A stretch of DNA of 64,000 bases, from assembly GCA_050950285.1 (NCBI GenBank), contig JBMNHG010000006.1:355167-419166 (forward strand), given 5' to 3'. Positions 1-9,749 of the stretch are shown here, in pieces. The position numbers and the translations under genes are program-made. Source of the stretch: Kiritimatiellia bacterium (GTDB lineage: Bacteria > Verrucomicrobiota > Kiritimatiellia > RFP12 > JBMNHG01). A model generated the notes under the pieces. That model saw only the letters and a list, made by a program, of their open reading frames with translations, was not told the DNA's origin and made no database searches. Numbering within the stretch: the stretch's first letter is position 1; every line of letters starts with the position of its first letter.

Positions 1-336
1 CCCGACTCCCGCCCCATCCCGGCCCAGCAGCTCCTCGTGGTCGAACCCGCCTCGAACCGCGTGCTGATCAACGCCCTCGTCGTCCCCAGCAACGGCATCG
101 TCGAAATGTGGCACGTCCTCCCCTCCATCCTGCTGGACGGCTTCCTCAAGCTCAACAGCCTCCCGCAGGAGATCCAGGTGGCGAACCCCCGCCTGCAGCA
201 CATCCTCCGCGGCGTCATCGACCAGCTCCCCTTCAAGCTCACCCGCGTCGATCGCGTGGAGGCCGTGGACGCGTTGGCGAAAGCGGCCTGCGACGACCTC
301 ATCCGGCGCATCCAGCCCCGCCCCGCCCCATCCTGA
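1..336 (+). CDS. hypothetical protein, 3' part (runs off window start)
   Basis: Frame +1 is open from base 1 (PDSRPIPAQQLLVVEPASNRVL...) to TGA at 334-336, with host-like GC3-rich codons. Confidence 0.7.
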   Translation, partial: PDSRPIPAQQLLVVEPASNRVLINALVVPSNGIVEMWHVLPSILLDGFLKLNSLPQEIQVANPRLQHILRGVIDQLPFKLTRVDRVEAVDALAKAACDDLIRRIQPRPAPS

Positions 337-381
337 CCCGACGATGGCGGCGCGCCGCCGCCCGGCCGCCGCAGGAGCACG

Positions 382-418
382 AAAAAACGGCGCGCCGCTT
401 TTTCCGCGGCGCGCCGTT
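382..418 (-). terminator. Rho-independent terminator downstream of EF-G paralogue
   Basis: Minus strand AACGGCGCGCCGC-loop-GCGGCGCGCCGTT followed by T-run, between convergent genes. Confidence 0.75.
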
Positions 419-454
419 CCGGATTGGCCAACTGGCCCCGTCTCGGCGGAAGGA

Positions 455-2476
455 CTATTCGTCCTCGTCCTCCTTGCGGGTCTTCTGGTACTCGGCGATG
501 ACCTTCTGGGCAACGACCGAAGGCACCACGTCGTAGCGGGCGAACTCCATCTCGAAGGTCGCCTGGCCGCTCGTGATCGAACGCAGCTGCGCGGCGTACT
601 GGAAGAGCTCCGCGAAGGGCACCTCGGCGGCGATCACCTGTTCGCCCTCCTGGACGTCCATGCCGAGCATGCGGCCGCGGCGCTGGTTCAAGTCGCCCGT
701 GATGGCGCCGGTGCAGCTGTCCGGGCCCACGACCTTCACCGTCATCACCGGTTCGAGGAGCACGGGCTTGGCCGCCGCCATCGCCTCGCGGAAGGCGCGG
801 ACGCCCGCGATCTTGAAGGCCACCTCCGAAGAGTCCACCGTGTGGAACGAGCCGTCGTAGACCTCGACGACCACGTTCTGCACGGGGCTCCCGGCGAGGC
901 CGCCGGCGGACATCCCTTCGATGATGCCCTTCTGGATGGCGGGCATGAAGTTGCCGGGGATCGAGCCGCCCACGGTGGCGTCGATGAACCACTCCTCCTC
1001 GCCCTCCATCCTCGGACGGACGCGCAGGAAGACTTCGCCGTACTGGCCGCGGCCGCCCGACTGCTTCTTGTGCTTGTAGTGGCCTTCGCCCTTGCCCTGG
1101 ATCGTCTCGCGATAGGGGACCTTCGGGATGGAGAGGTTCACGTTCACATTGCTCTGGGACTTCATGAGCGAGACCGCCACGTCCAGGTGCACGTCGCCAA
1201 GGCCCTTGAGGAGGATCTCCTTCGTCTCGGCCTGCTTCTCGTAGTGGAGCGTGGGGTCGGCCTCGAGCAGGCGCTTGATGGCAACGGACAGCTTGTCTTC
1301 GTCGTTCTGCGTCTTCGCGGTGACGGCCACGTACATGACCGGCGGCGGGAACTCGAGGTCCGGGAGGCGGGTGTTGCAGTCCGCCGCGCAAAGGGAGTCG
1401 CCCGTGTGGGTGTCCTTCAGCTTCGAGATCGCGACGAGATCGCCCGGCCCGGCGGATTCGACGGGCACCTGCTTCTTCCCCACGATGCCCAGCAGCGCCC
1501 CGGCGGTCTCCTTCCCGCCGGTGGTGGTGTTCTGCAGGGCGGCGCCGACCTTGAGGGTGCCGGAGAAGACGCGCACGTAGCTGAGCTGGCCCACGAAGGG
1601 GTCGACCGCCGTCTTCCACACCTGCGACACGAAGGGGGCGGAGGGGTCGCACGGAACGGGATTGCCGTCGATGTCCAGGGTCTTGCGCTTGTCGGGGCCG
1701 GGGAAAAGGCGACAGAGGCTGGCCAGCACCAGGTCGACGCCCTTGTCCTTGAGCGGCATCACCGTGTAGATCGGGCGCACCGACCCCCCGGCGATACCGG
1801 CGAGCAGGCCGTCGCGGATGTCCTGGGCGGGGAGCGTCCCCTCCTCGAAGTATTTCTCCATCAGGGCCTCGTCGGTCTCGGCGGCGGATTCGGCGAGATA
1901 GGTCTTCATCTCGTCGAGCTCGGCGGAAAGCTCGGCCTGGTCGAGGATGTTCACGATGTCGCCGCCCAGCGGGGCGGTGACCGGCACGCAGTCCTTGCCG
2001 AAGGCCTCGCGGATCGAGTTGACGGCCTTGGTGAAATCGGCGTTGTCCTTGTCCATGCCCGTGATCACGAAGGCCACGGCCGACAGGTTGTTCTGCTGGC
2101 AGATGCGCCAGGCGCGGCGGGTTCCGACCTGTACGCCGGAGATGGCGTCGACGGCGATCACGGCGAAGTCGGCCGCGCGCACGGCGCCGCGGAGCTGTCC
2201 GTAGAAGTCGGGCGCGCCGGGCGTGTCGATGAAGACGATCTTGTAGTTCTTGCCGTCCAGCGTGTATTCCCCGCTGAAGGGCGTGGCGAAAATCGAAATC
2301 TGGCGGGCCTTTTCCTCGTCGGTGTAGTCGGAGACGCTCGTGCCGGCGGCGGAAGAGCCGAGGCGGTCGTTCAACCCCATCTTGAAGGCGAATGCGTCGG
2401 CCAGGGCGGTCTTGCCGCTGCCGGTGTGGCCTACAAGGACAAAGTTGCGGATATCGGAGACCTGACTGTTACTCAT
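455..2476 (-). CDS. fusA2: elongation factor G-like protein (EF-G2 type paralogue)
   Basis: IRNFVLVGHTGSGKT P-loop, DTPG, EDPT-like EADPTL, VPYRETI, HKKQSGGRGQYG, DGSFHTVDSSEVAFKIA, LLEP; RBS AAAGGA before ATG 2476. Confidence 0.93.
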   Translation of the reverse strand: MSNSQVSDIRNFVLVGHTGSGKTALADAFAFKMGLNDRLGSSAAGTSVSDYTDEEKARQISIFATPFSGEYTLDGKNYKIVFIDTPGAPDFYGQLRGAVRAADFAVIAVDAISGVQVGTRRAWRICQQNNLSAVAFVITGMDKDNADFTKAVNSIREAFGKDCVPVTAPLGGDIVNILDQAELSAELDEMKTYLAESAAETDEALMEKYFEEGTLPAQDIRDGLLAGIAGGSVRPIYTVMPLKDKGVDLVLASLCRLFPGPDKRKTLDIDGNPVPCDPSAPFVSQVWKTAVDPFVGQLSYVRVFSGTLKVGAALQNTTTGGKETAGALLGIVGKKQVPVESAGPGDLVAISKLKDTHTGDSLCAADCNTRLPDLEFPPPVMYVAVTAKTQNDEDKLSVAIKRLLEADPTLHYEKQAETKEILLKGLGDVHLDVAVSLMKSQSNVNVNLSIPKVPYRETIQGKGEGHYKHKKQSGGRGQYGEVFLRVRPRMEGEEEWFIDATVGGSIPGNFMPAIQKGIIEGMSAGGLAGSPVQNVVVEVYDGSFHTVDSSEVAFKIAGVRAFREAMAAAKPVLLEPVMTVKVVGPDSCTGAITGDLNQRRGRMLGMDVQEGEQVIAAEVPFAELFQYAAQLRSITSGQATFEMEFARYDVVPSVVAQKVIAEYQKTRKEDEDE

Positions 2477-2518
2477 GAACGATTTCCTTTCAAAGGGGGT
2501 ATTTTCTGAATAGCCGTC

Positions 2519-2547
2519 ATGATAGCGAACCCACCCTCCCCGCGCAA
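2519..2547 (-). promoter_or_regulatory. putative sigma70 promoter of EF-G paralogue
   Basis: TTGCGC-N17-TATCAT on minus strand. Confidence 0.5.
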
Positions 2548-2650
2548 CAGGAAACGCAACGGAAACGCGACGGCGCACCGGGGGAAATGCACCGGGGGGA
2601 CGGGCCGCCCCGGACAGGCGGCCTTTCCCGTCGTGCCCCTCCAGGCGGGT

Positions 2651-3823
2651 TCAGTCCTCCGCCAGGCTTCCGTCGGCGTCGTAGCGGCCGTACGCCGTTG
2701 CGGCTTCGACGAGGGCGAAGAGGTTTTCTTCGGGGGTGTCGCGGGCGCATTGGTCGCCGGTGGAGAGGATGAAGCCGCCGCCCGGCGCGGCGGCCCGGAT
2801 GGCGTCGCGGGCGGCCTTCCGGACAACGTCCGGGGTGCCGCGCAGCATCACGTCGGTGGTGTGGAGGTTGCCCATGAGGGAAATCTGGCGGCCGCGGGCG
2901 CGCTTCACCTCCGCGAGGTCGACGTCGCCCATCGGCGCGATTTCGAGCGGGTTGACGCAGTCGACGCTGGTTTCGTCGCACAGCATGTCCACGAGCGCGC
3001 GTTCGCGGCCGCAGCTGTGGAGCATGGTGGGGACGCCGGCGGCGCGGGCCATGGCGGACCACTTCTTCAAGGCGGGGAGGGCGTACTTCCGCGCCAGGGC
3101 GGGCGATGCGAGGGTCAGGGTGCCGGAGCCGCCCAGGAGGAGGTAGTCCGGCTTGGCGGAGAGGGCCAGTGCGACGGATTCCGTGCCGATTTCGAGATCG
3201 CGTTCAAACCACTCCCCGAGGATTTCCGGATGGTCGTGTTCCGCGTAGACGAGGGGCTCGACGCCGCCCTGCACGTGGCACATCCACATGTGGAATCCGG
3301 GATAGCCGAGGGTCATGCCGAAGGCCTGCCCGCGCTCCTCGCAGGCGGCGCGCATCTCCTCGACCCGTGCGAGGTCGATGCCGACGGGCGGGCGGAGGGT
3401 GGCGCGGAACTTCGGCCAGTCGGCGGCGAGATCCTTCATCGGCTTTTCGACGGGCGAAGGCGGATCGGCGCGGAAGCAGACGTTCCGGTAGGTGAGGTCG
3501 CCCTCGCGGGTGCGGATCCGGCCGCTCTCGACCATGGCGTCGCGGAGCTTGTCGTACGCGACCTTTCGCACGACCTCCGGCCCGTCTTCGGGGAAGAGGA
3601 GCGGCACGCCCGCCGCGGAGGCGATCCAGGCCTCGGTCCCGAAGCGGTCCACGGCGTCGAGGTAGGCGCGCCAGAGCGGCATGGCGCCGAAGAAGTAGAT
3701 GTCCCAGAACGGCAGCCCCGCGAGTTTGCAGGGGATGTAGTTCGAGAAGTCGGGGGCGCAGGGGACGCGGTCGGGCACGCCGTTCGCGCGCAAGGCGGCG
3801 AGGAATCGTTCCTTCGAGTTCAT
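2651..3823 (-). CDS. uroporphyrinogen decarboxylase (URO-D)/MtaA-CmuA family protein
   Basis: MNSKERFLAAL...PDRVP N-terminus; MLHSCG, NPLE..PMGDVDL, LMGNL, GGGFILSTGDQ..DTPEEN C-terminus. Confidence 0.85.
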   Translation of the reverse strand: MNSKERFLAALRANGVPDRVPCAPDFSNYIPCKLAGLPFWDIYFFGAMPLWRAYLDAVDRFGTEAWIASAAGVPLLFPEDGPEVVRKVAYDKLRDAMVESGRIRTREGDLTYRNVCFRADPPSPVEKPMKDLAADWPKFRATLRPPVGIDLARVEEMRAACEERGQAFGMTLGYPGFHMWMCHVQGGVEPLVYAEHDHPEILGEWFERDLEIGTESVALALSAKPDYLLLGGSGTLTLASPALARKYALPALKKWSAMARAAGVPTMLHSCGRERALVDMLCDETSVDCVNPLEIAPMGDVDLAEVKRARGRQISLMGNLHTTDVMLRGTPDVVRKAARDAIRAAAPGGGFILSTGDQCARDTPEENLFALVEAATAYGRYDADGSLAED

Positions 3824-3863
3824 CGGGGCAAGGCTCCGCGGGCGCCCGTTGTCCATCGCGCCG

Positions 3864-4646
3864 CTACCGATGCTGCCGGAAGAGCCATTCGAGGACGGAC
3901 TCGTCCTGGTAGGTCGGACCCCAGCTTCCGTGGCCCACGCCGGGATACTCGCGATAGCGGATGTTGCCGTCGCAGGCCCAGAGGGCGGCGACCATGTCGC
4001 GCGACCGGGAGACGGGCACGGTGGAATCCGCCGCGCCGTGGAAGGCCCAGATGGGCACGTCGCGGATGCGCCAGGCGAGGGTGGTGTCGCCGCCGCCGCA
4101 GATCGGGATGGCCGCCGCGAAGCGTCCGGGCCGACGCTGGAGGATATCCCACGTGCCATAGCCGCCCATCGAGAGCCCGGTGACGTAGATCCGGGAGGGG
4201 TCGACGGGCAGTTCGGCGATCTTCGCCTCGAGCAGTTCCATCGCGAGACGCATCGGCATCGAGGGCTCGGGGTCCATGCGGTGGGAGAGCTGGCTCCACG
4301 GGGTGTCGACCCACTGGTTCGGGCCGGGGCACTGCGGGACGAGCATCGCGAAGGGGATGCCGCGCGCGTCGGCGAACGCCACGATCTTCTCGACGCCGTT
4401 GCACAGCTGCCGGGCGTTGTCGTCGCCTCGTTCGCCCGCGCCGTGGAGGAAGAGCAGGAGCGGAATCTTCGTTCCTTCGGGCAGATCCCGGGGGAGATAC
4501 TGGCGGTAGGGCAGCTTCGCGCCGTCCGCGCTTTCATGCACGAGGGCTTCGGTCACGGCGGCGAGATCGACGGCGCGCGCGGTCGCGGCGAGGAAACAGG
4601 CGGCAAGGGCGGTCGCCGCGGCGAGGGTTTTCAGGTTCATGGACAT
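3864..4646 (-). CDS. secreted alpha/beta hydrolase (predicted peptidase/carbohydrate esterase, COG4099-like)
   Basis: Signal peptide; LLLFLHGAGERGDDN, PQCP, RIYVTGLSMGGYGTW (GxSxG), WAFHGAAD, GHGSW. Confidence 0.88.
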   Translation of the reverse strand: MSMNLKTLAAATALAACFLAATARAVDLAAVTEALVHESADGAKLPYRQYLPRDLPEGTKIPLLLFLHGAGERGDDNARQLCNGVEKIVAFADARGIPFAMLVPQCPGPNQWVDTPWSQLSHRMDPEPSMPMRLAMELLEAKIAELPVDPSRIYVTGLSMGGYGTWDILQRRPGRFAAAIPICGGGDTTLAWRIRDVPIWAFHGAADSTVPVSRSRDMVAALWACDGNIRYREYPGVGHGSWGPTYQDESVLEWLFRQHR

Positions 4647-4681
4647 CTCCGTAGGGGTTTCGGGGTTTCAGCGGAAAGAGG

Positions 4682-7678
4682 CTACTCCACGAGCTTCCAC
4701 TCGACGGAGCAGGAAGGCGAGGTGTGCCAGTAGGGGTGGACGGTGAGCCCGTTCTCCTTGCAGACGGCCTTTTGGTCGCCGAAGCGGCACTTCGGGCCGT
4801 CGCACCAGTCGCCGGAATCGTCGTTCACGATGTAGCCGAAGCGGAAGACCGAACCGGCTTCGAACGGGAGTTCCGGGAGCTGGGCGCGCGGGATGGCGAG
4901 TTCGTAGATCCGGACGTTGCCGTCCTGCCTCACGACGCACCGGCCGCCTTCGACAACGCCGGGGAGGGGCCAGGGGGGGACCTCGTCGTAGATCTCGCGG
5001 GGCCACGAGTGGACGCGCGGCATGCCGGGCGCGAGCAGGCGCCAGAACTCGGATCCGCCATCCTCGCACAGGTAGGCGCAGTACTCGTAGTCGGTATCGG
5101 GAATGGCGCAGAAACCTTCGGGGATGCCCGGCCGGGGTTCGAGGTCGTGCATGCCCGGAACCAGGTCGAAGGTGAGCTGGAGGTTGTCGCCGGACTGCGC
5201 GAGCCCCTGCCACGGAGTCTTCTTGTAGACGTAGGGGACCTGGGCGAAGGAGTGTCCGGGGGCGTTCTTTTCGAGCCAGGACTTCCAGGGCTCCTCGTGG
5301 TCGGAGGCGGCGGAGTGGAACCAGGCGTCGTCGTCGCGGGTGGCCATGCGGACCTTGTTGGTCTGCGGGGAATCGTCCTGCACGCGGGCGCAGACGTAGA
5401 GGTTCGCCTCGTCCCAGGCGAGCTTCACTTCGGAGAGGAGCTGCGTGTCGGGGAGTTCGTCGCGCAGGCGGAGCCAGGGGCGGCGGGCGAGCTCGTCGGG
5501 GTTCGCGCCGACCGGGCCTCCGAGGAGCAGGATGCCGGGGAGGCCGTCCCAGTCGGAGAGGTCGCCGTCGAGGACGGGGGTGGCCTTGTGGACGGCGGTG
5601 CAGAAGAGGGTCTCGGAGTAGGCGCAGGTTCCGGCATCGGTGGCGAAGGTGAAGGCGAAGGGATACTGGTTGCCGGGATCCGGGACGGCGGAGGCGAGGG
5701 GAAGCCCGATCATCCTGCGTTCGCCGGGGGCGAGTTCCACGGCCACGTCGTTCCCGGCGAGGACGAGCCCTTCCGGAGGATCCGCCCGGAAGGTCCCGCG
5801 GATGGGGACGTTGAGGCGGTTGGCGAGCTCCACGCGCAGCACGGCGCCGGGGGCGACGGGATCGAGGAAGTCGCGCGGGAGGATTTCGGCGGGGTACTTG
5901 CCCGCGATGACGCCGTTGCGGAAGGCCTCGGCGACGGCGGCGGGGCCCTCCGGCGAGCGGATGTAGACGGGCTGGAGGTTGAGATCGAGCGTCACGGACG
6001 ACTCGCCCTGGTGGATTTCGTTCGCGGCGGCGTCGTAGAAGCGCAGGAGCGGGCCGCCGAAGAGCGGGAACGTGCGCCTGTTCCGGAGGGTGATGGTGCC
6101 GCCATCCACCGAATCCACCTGGCCCCAGAGGCGGCCTTTCGGGTTGTCCTGCGGCGTGGGGCCGCCGCGGGTGAGGAGCTGGCCGATCATCACGACCACG
6201 CCGTCGGGGTCGTCGTCCTCGCCGAACTGGAAGAGCCAGGGGAGATGGTCCCGGAAGACGAGCTTGTTGAAGCGCAGCCCGGTGACGAAGTGGTTGAACG
6301 CGGCGGTGGCCAGCGGCACGGTGGTGGGGAAGCGAACGCCGTGGATCTCCTGGAAGAGCACCTGCGGATGCCAGCAGGCGACGGCGCGCTGCCCGACGGC
6401 CATCCACTGGCACATCACCTGGGGCAGGAGGTATTCGCTGATCACGAGCCAGGTCTCGTTCTCGATCGAGAACTTGCCGTGCATCGCCGCGACCATCGGG
6501 CCGTAGGCCATGCTGGGGGTCACGTAGTGGTCGGTGAAGACGTCGATGTAGTCATCCATCTCGTAGGTGCCGTCGTCGCGGCGTCCCCACGAGAAGTACT
6601 TGTCCTCGGTGTTCATGATCGAGCAGGCGCCGCAGATTTTGATGTCGGGGCTGACCTCCTTGGTCTTCGTGGCCATCGCCTTCTGCCAGTCGACGAAGAT
6701 GCGGCAATCGCGCGCGTACCCGCTGATGCCGGCGCCTTCCCAGGGCTCGTTGTAGTTCTCGAGACCCCAGAGGACGCCCTTGCCGTCCTCCCAGTACCGG
6801 GCGGCGAAGGCTTTGACCCACTCGCCGTAGACGTCGAAGTGCTGCGGGGCGCACCCCCAGTCGGCCTGGCCCCAGTAGGGCGAGCCGTCCCAGCCGGGCT
6901 TCACGGCGGCGGGCACGCCGGGGCCGCCCCACGGCATGCCGTAGCGGGACGGGCACACGCCGCCGAGGGTGAACATGGCACGGAGGCCGCCCGCGCGGAG
7001 GCGGGCCGCGAGATCGTCGTAGGCCGACCAATCGTACTCTTCGGCGGGCACGCCGGGACTCCAGCCGATCTCGCGGCGGAGGATGCGGATGCCCATGCGG
7101 CCGTACTCCTCGAAGGCCTCGGTCTGGCCCTCGCCGAAAACGGGAACGTTGTCCGCCGTGGCGTCGTCGCGATCCTTCGGAATCCGGGCGAGCGAACCCA
7201 GCAGGACGCGATCGGCGGGCCCGGCGCCCTCGCCACGCAGGAGGATCATGCAGTAGGTGGCGTAGCGGTCGGGGACGGGGAGCGTCACCTCCTTCACGGC
7301 GCGGCCGTCGGCATCCCAGTCGATGTCGCCGAGAGGATGGCGGATGGGCTCCCCCTCGAGATGGATCATGTCCGGATGGCCGAACGGATCGATGTAGCGC
7401 GAGGTGTCCTTCTTCGGCGAGCGCGTGTGGATGGCCTGCAGCTCGATGGAAAGCGGCGCGCCGTTTTCCGGGCGCCGGAGTTCGAGATCGAGGGTGACGG
7501 GCTCGCCCGGGAAGAACAGGAAACCGGGCGCACCGCCGCGGACGATGCGTTCCGGCGCCGTTCCCACGGAATCCACGCGCAGGGCGTCGAAGTTCGACGG
7601 CGTGAAGAGCGTGTTGGCCAGGAGGGGCAGGACCGCGAGGGTCGCGAGAAGCGTGGCGGGGTTTCGGGCGAAGGACAT
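4682..7678 (-). CDS. large secreted putative glycoside hydrolase (clan GH-A-like TIM barrel plus CBM9-like C-terminal domain)
   Basis: Hydrophobic N-terminus; ENYNEPW acid/base-like motif; IENETW candidate nucleophile; PVLDGDLSDW...KLAWDEANLYVCARVQD...YELAIP typical of CBM9-like domains. Confidence 0.65.
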   Translation of the reverse strand: MSFARNPATLLATLAVLPLLANTLFTPSNFDALRVDSVGTAPERIVRGGAPGFLFFPGEPVTLDLELRRPENGAPLSIELQAIHTRSPKKDTSRYIDPFGHPDMIHLEGEPIRHPLGDIDWDADGRAVKEVTLPVPDRYATYCMILLRGEGAGPADRVLLGSLARIPKDRDDATADNVPVFGEGQTEAFEEYGRMGIRILRREIGWSPGVPAEEYDWSAYDDLAARLRAGGLRAMFTLGGVCPSRYGMPWGGPGVPAAVKPGWDGSPYWGQADWGCAPQHFDVYGEWVKAFAARYWEDGKGVLWGLENYNEPWEGAGISGYARDCRIFVDWQKAMATKTKEVSPDIKICGACSIMNTEDKYFSWGRRDDGTYEMDDYIDVFTDHYVTPSMAYGPMVAAMHGKFSIENETWLVISEYLLPQVMCQWMAVGQRAVACWHPQVLFQEIHGVRFPTTVPLATAAFNHFVTGLRFNKLVFRDHLPWLFQFGEDDDPDGVVVMIGQLLTRGGPTPQDNPKGRLWGQVDSVDGGTITLRNRRTFPLFGGPLLRFYDAAANEIHQGESSVTLDLNLQPVYIRSPEGPAAVAEAFRNGVIAGKYPAEILPRDFLDPVAPGAVLRVELANRLNVPIRGTFRADPPEGLVLAGNDVAVELAPGERRMIGLPLASAVPDPGNQYPFAFTFATDAGTCAYSETLFCTAVHKATPVLDGDLSDWDGLPGILLLGGPVGANPDELARRPWLRLRDELPDTQLLSEVKLAWDEANLYVCARVQDDSPQTNKVRMATRDDDAWFHSAASDHEEPWKSWLEKNAPGHSFAQVPYVYKKTPWQGLAQSGDNLQLTFDLVPGMHDLEPRPGIPEGFCAIPDTDYEYCAYLCEDGGSEFWRLLAPGMPRVHSWPREIYDEVPPWPLPGVVEGGRCVVRQDGNVRIYELAIPRAQLPELPFEAGSVFRFGYIVNDDSGDWCDGPKCRFGDQKAVCKENGLTVHPYWHTSPSCSVEWKLVE

Positions 7679-7771
7679 GGGGGCGTCTCCTTTCTTCGTC
7701 CGCAACGATACGGCCTTCCGCCCCCGGAATGCAACCCGCAAATCCGGCGGGGCGGATCGCGCGGGGCGGAA

Positions 7772-9535
7772 TCAGAAGAGGCCGCGGATCTTGCCGGTGG
7801 CGCAATCGACGTCGATGTTGCGGAAGGCGGGATTCGAGGCGGTGCCGGGCATGAGCTTGATGTCGCCGCACACGGGCACCACGAATCCGGCGCCCGCGTA
7901 GGTGAGGATGTCGCGGACGGGCAAGCGCCAGCCGCGCGGGCGGCCGCGCAACGCGGGGTCGTGCGAGAGCGAATACTGCGTCTTGGCCATGCAGACCGGC
8001 AGGTGGGCCACGGCGGGATCGGCCTCGATCCCCGCGAGCTTTTCGACGGCGGCCGGGGCGAAGTCCACCCCGTCGGCCCCGTACACCTCGCGGGCGATGG
8101 TTTCGATGCGATGCGCCACCGGATCCTGCGGATCGTAGAGGTAGCGGAAGTCGTCCGGACGCTTCACGGCCTCTTCGACGGCCTCGGCGAGTCCGATGGC
8201 GCCTTCGCCACCCTTGAGCCAATGGTCCGACACCGCGAAGAGCGCACCCTCGGCCTCGGCAACGCGCCGGACGACGGCCTGCTCGGCCGCCGTGTCGGCA
8301 TGGAAGGAGTTGAGGCAGACCACCGGCGTGACGCCGCTCTTGCGGATGGTCTCGATATGGGCGGCCAGATTCTCGCACCCGGCCTCGACCAGGCCGAGGT
8401 TCTCCTTCGTGTACGCCTCGTCCAGCGGGACGCCGGGCTTCACGGCAGGACCGCCGCCGTGGGATTTGAGGGCGCGCACGGTGGCCACGAGCACCACGGC
8501 GTCGGGGGCGAGGCCGGTGGCGCGGCACTTGATGTTCCAGAACTTCTCGAAGCCGACGTCCGCGCCGAAGCCGCTCTCGGTCACCAGCACGTCGCCGAGG
8601 AGACCGCCCACGCGGTCGGCGATCACCGAACTTTGGCCGATGGCGATGTTCGCGAAGGGGCCGGCGTGCACGAGCACGGGCTGGCCTTCGAGGGTCTGCA
8701 TGAGCGTGGGGTTGAGGGCGCGCACCATCCAGGCGGTCATCGCACCGTCCACCTCGAGGTCGCGCGTGGTGACGGGGCGCCCGGCCTTCGACCAGGCCAC
8801 GACGATCCGCCCCATGCGCTCGCGCAGGTCGGCGAGGTCGCGGGCAAGGGCGAGGATGGCCATCACTTCGGAGGCGACGGTGATGTAGAAGCCGGACTCC
8901 ATCTCGAAGCCGTCCATCTTCCCGCCGCGGCCGATGATGATGTTGCGGAGCCCCTGGGCGCAGAAATCCATCGCCCAGCGCATGTGGACGCGGGCGGGAT
9001 CGATGTCGAGGCGGGACAGGCGGGACTTGGCGAGGCGGTCGTCGTCGTAGTTGCGCTCGTGCTGCATGCGGGCGTTGAGCGCGACCATGGCGAGATTGTT
9101 CGCGTTGGTGATGGCGTCGATGTCGCCCGTGAGACCCAGCGAAAGCGGGGCGAGCGGAAGGCACTGCGCCAGGCCTCCGCCGGCGGCGGAGCCCTTGACG
9201 TTGAAGGTGGGTCCGCCGGAGGGCTGGCGGATGGTGGCCACCGGGTGGCGCCCAAGCTTCCCAAGGCCCTGCACCAGGCCCATGGTGGTGGTGGTCTTCC
9301 CCTCGCCAAGCGGAGTCGGCGTGATGGCGGTGACGTCGACATACTTCGCACGGGGCCGGCCCGAAAGACGGGAAAGGAGCGCCGGGGCGTCGATCTTGCC
9401 GTAGAGGCGGCCATAGGGCATGAGTTCGCCGGCCCGGATGCCGATCGCGGCGGCGACCTCCGCGATGGGTTTCAGCCCCTCCTCGGCGGCTTCGGCAATC
9501 TGCCAGTCTTTCATCTGGGTAGGGTCGAGATGCAT
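7772..9535 (-). CDS. fhs: formate--tetrahydrofolate ligase
   Basis: VTAITPTPLGEGKTTT, RQPSGGPTFNVKG.AAGGG, VHAGPFANIA.G.SS, TESGFGAD.G.EKF, CMAKTQYSLS. Confidence 0.97.
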   Translation of the reverse strand: MHLDPTQMKDWQIAEAAEEGLKPIAEVAAAIGIRAGELMPYGRLYGKIDAPALLSRLSGRPRAKYVDVTAITPTPLGEGKTTTTMGLVQGLGKLGRHPVATIRQPSGGPTFNVKGSAAGGGLAQCLPLAPLSLGLTGDIDAITNANNLAMVALNARMQHERNYDDDRLAKSRLSRLDIDPARVHMRWAMDFCAQGLRNIIIGRGGKMDGFEMESGFYITVASEVMAILALARDLADLRERMGRIVVAWSKAGRPVTTRDLEVDGAMTAWMVRALNPTLMQTLEGQPVLVHAGPFANIAIGQSSVIADRVGGLLGDVLVTESGFGADVGFEKFWNIKCRATGLAPDAVVLVATVRALKSHGGGPAVKPGVPLDEAYTKENLGLVEAGCENLAAHIETIRKSGVTPVVCLNSFHADTAAEQAVVRRVAEAEGALFAVSDHWLKGGEGAIGLAEAVEEAVKRPDDFRYLYDPQDPVAHRIETIAREVYGADGVDFAPAAVEKLAGIEADPAVAHLPVCMAKTQYSLSHDPALRGRPRGWRLPVRDILTYAGAGFVVPVCGDIKLMPGTASNPAFRNIDVDCATGKIRGLF

Positions 9536-9576
9536 GGGATCCTCGTGCGGTTTCGATGGCGGAAACGGAAACGCGC

Positions 9577-9606
9577 AGTATAGGGCCTTCCGCGCCTCCC
9601 GCGCAA
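9577..9606 (-). promoter_or_regulatory. putative sigma70 promoter of fhs
   Basis: TTGCGC-N18-TATACT on minus strand. Confidence 0.5.
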
Positions 9607-9630
9607 GCCGTCGCCGCAGTGGATTTCCCC

Positions 9631-9659
9631 TTGCGCATCCGGGGGTCGCCTGATACGAT
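9631..9659 (+). promoter_or_regulatory. putative sigma70 promoter facing the RHS cassette
   Basis: TTGCGC-N17-TACGAT, divergent from the fhs promoter. Confidence 0.45.
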
Positions 9660-9749
9660 TTCTCCATCGTGGGGCAGTGCGATGGCGACGGTCGCTTCGC
9701 CGTCCCCGTCCTGGCCGCGGGCCACCTTCCCGCGCGGGCCGTCCGCAGC

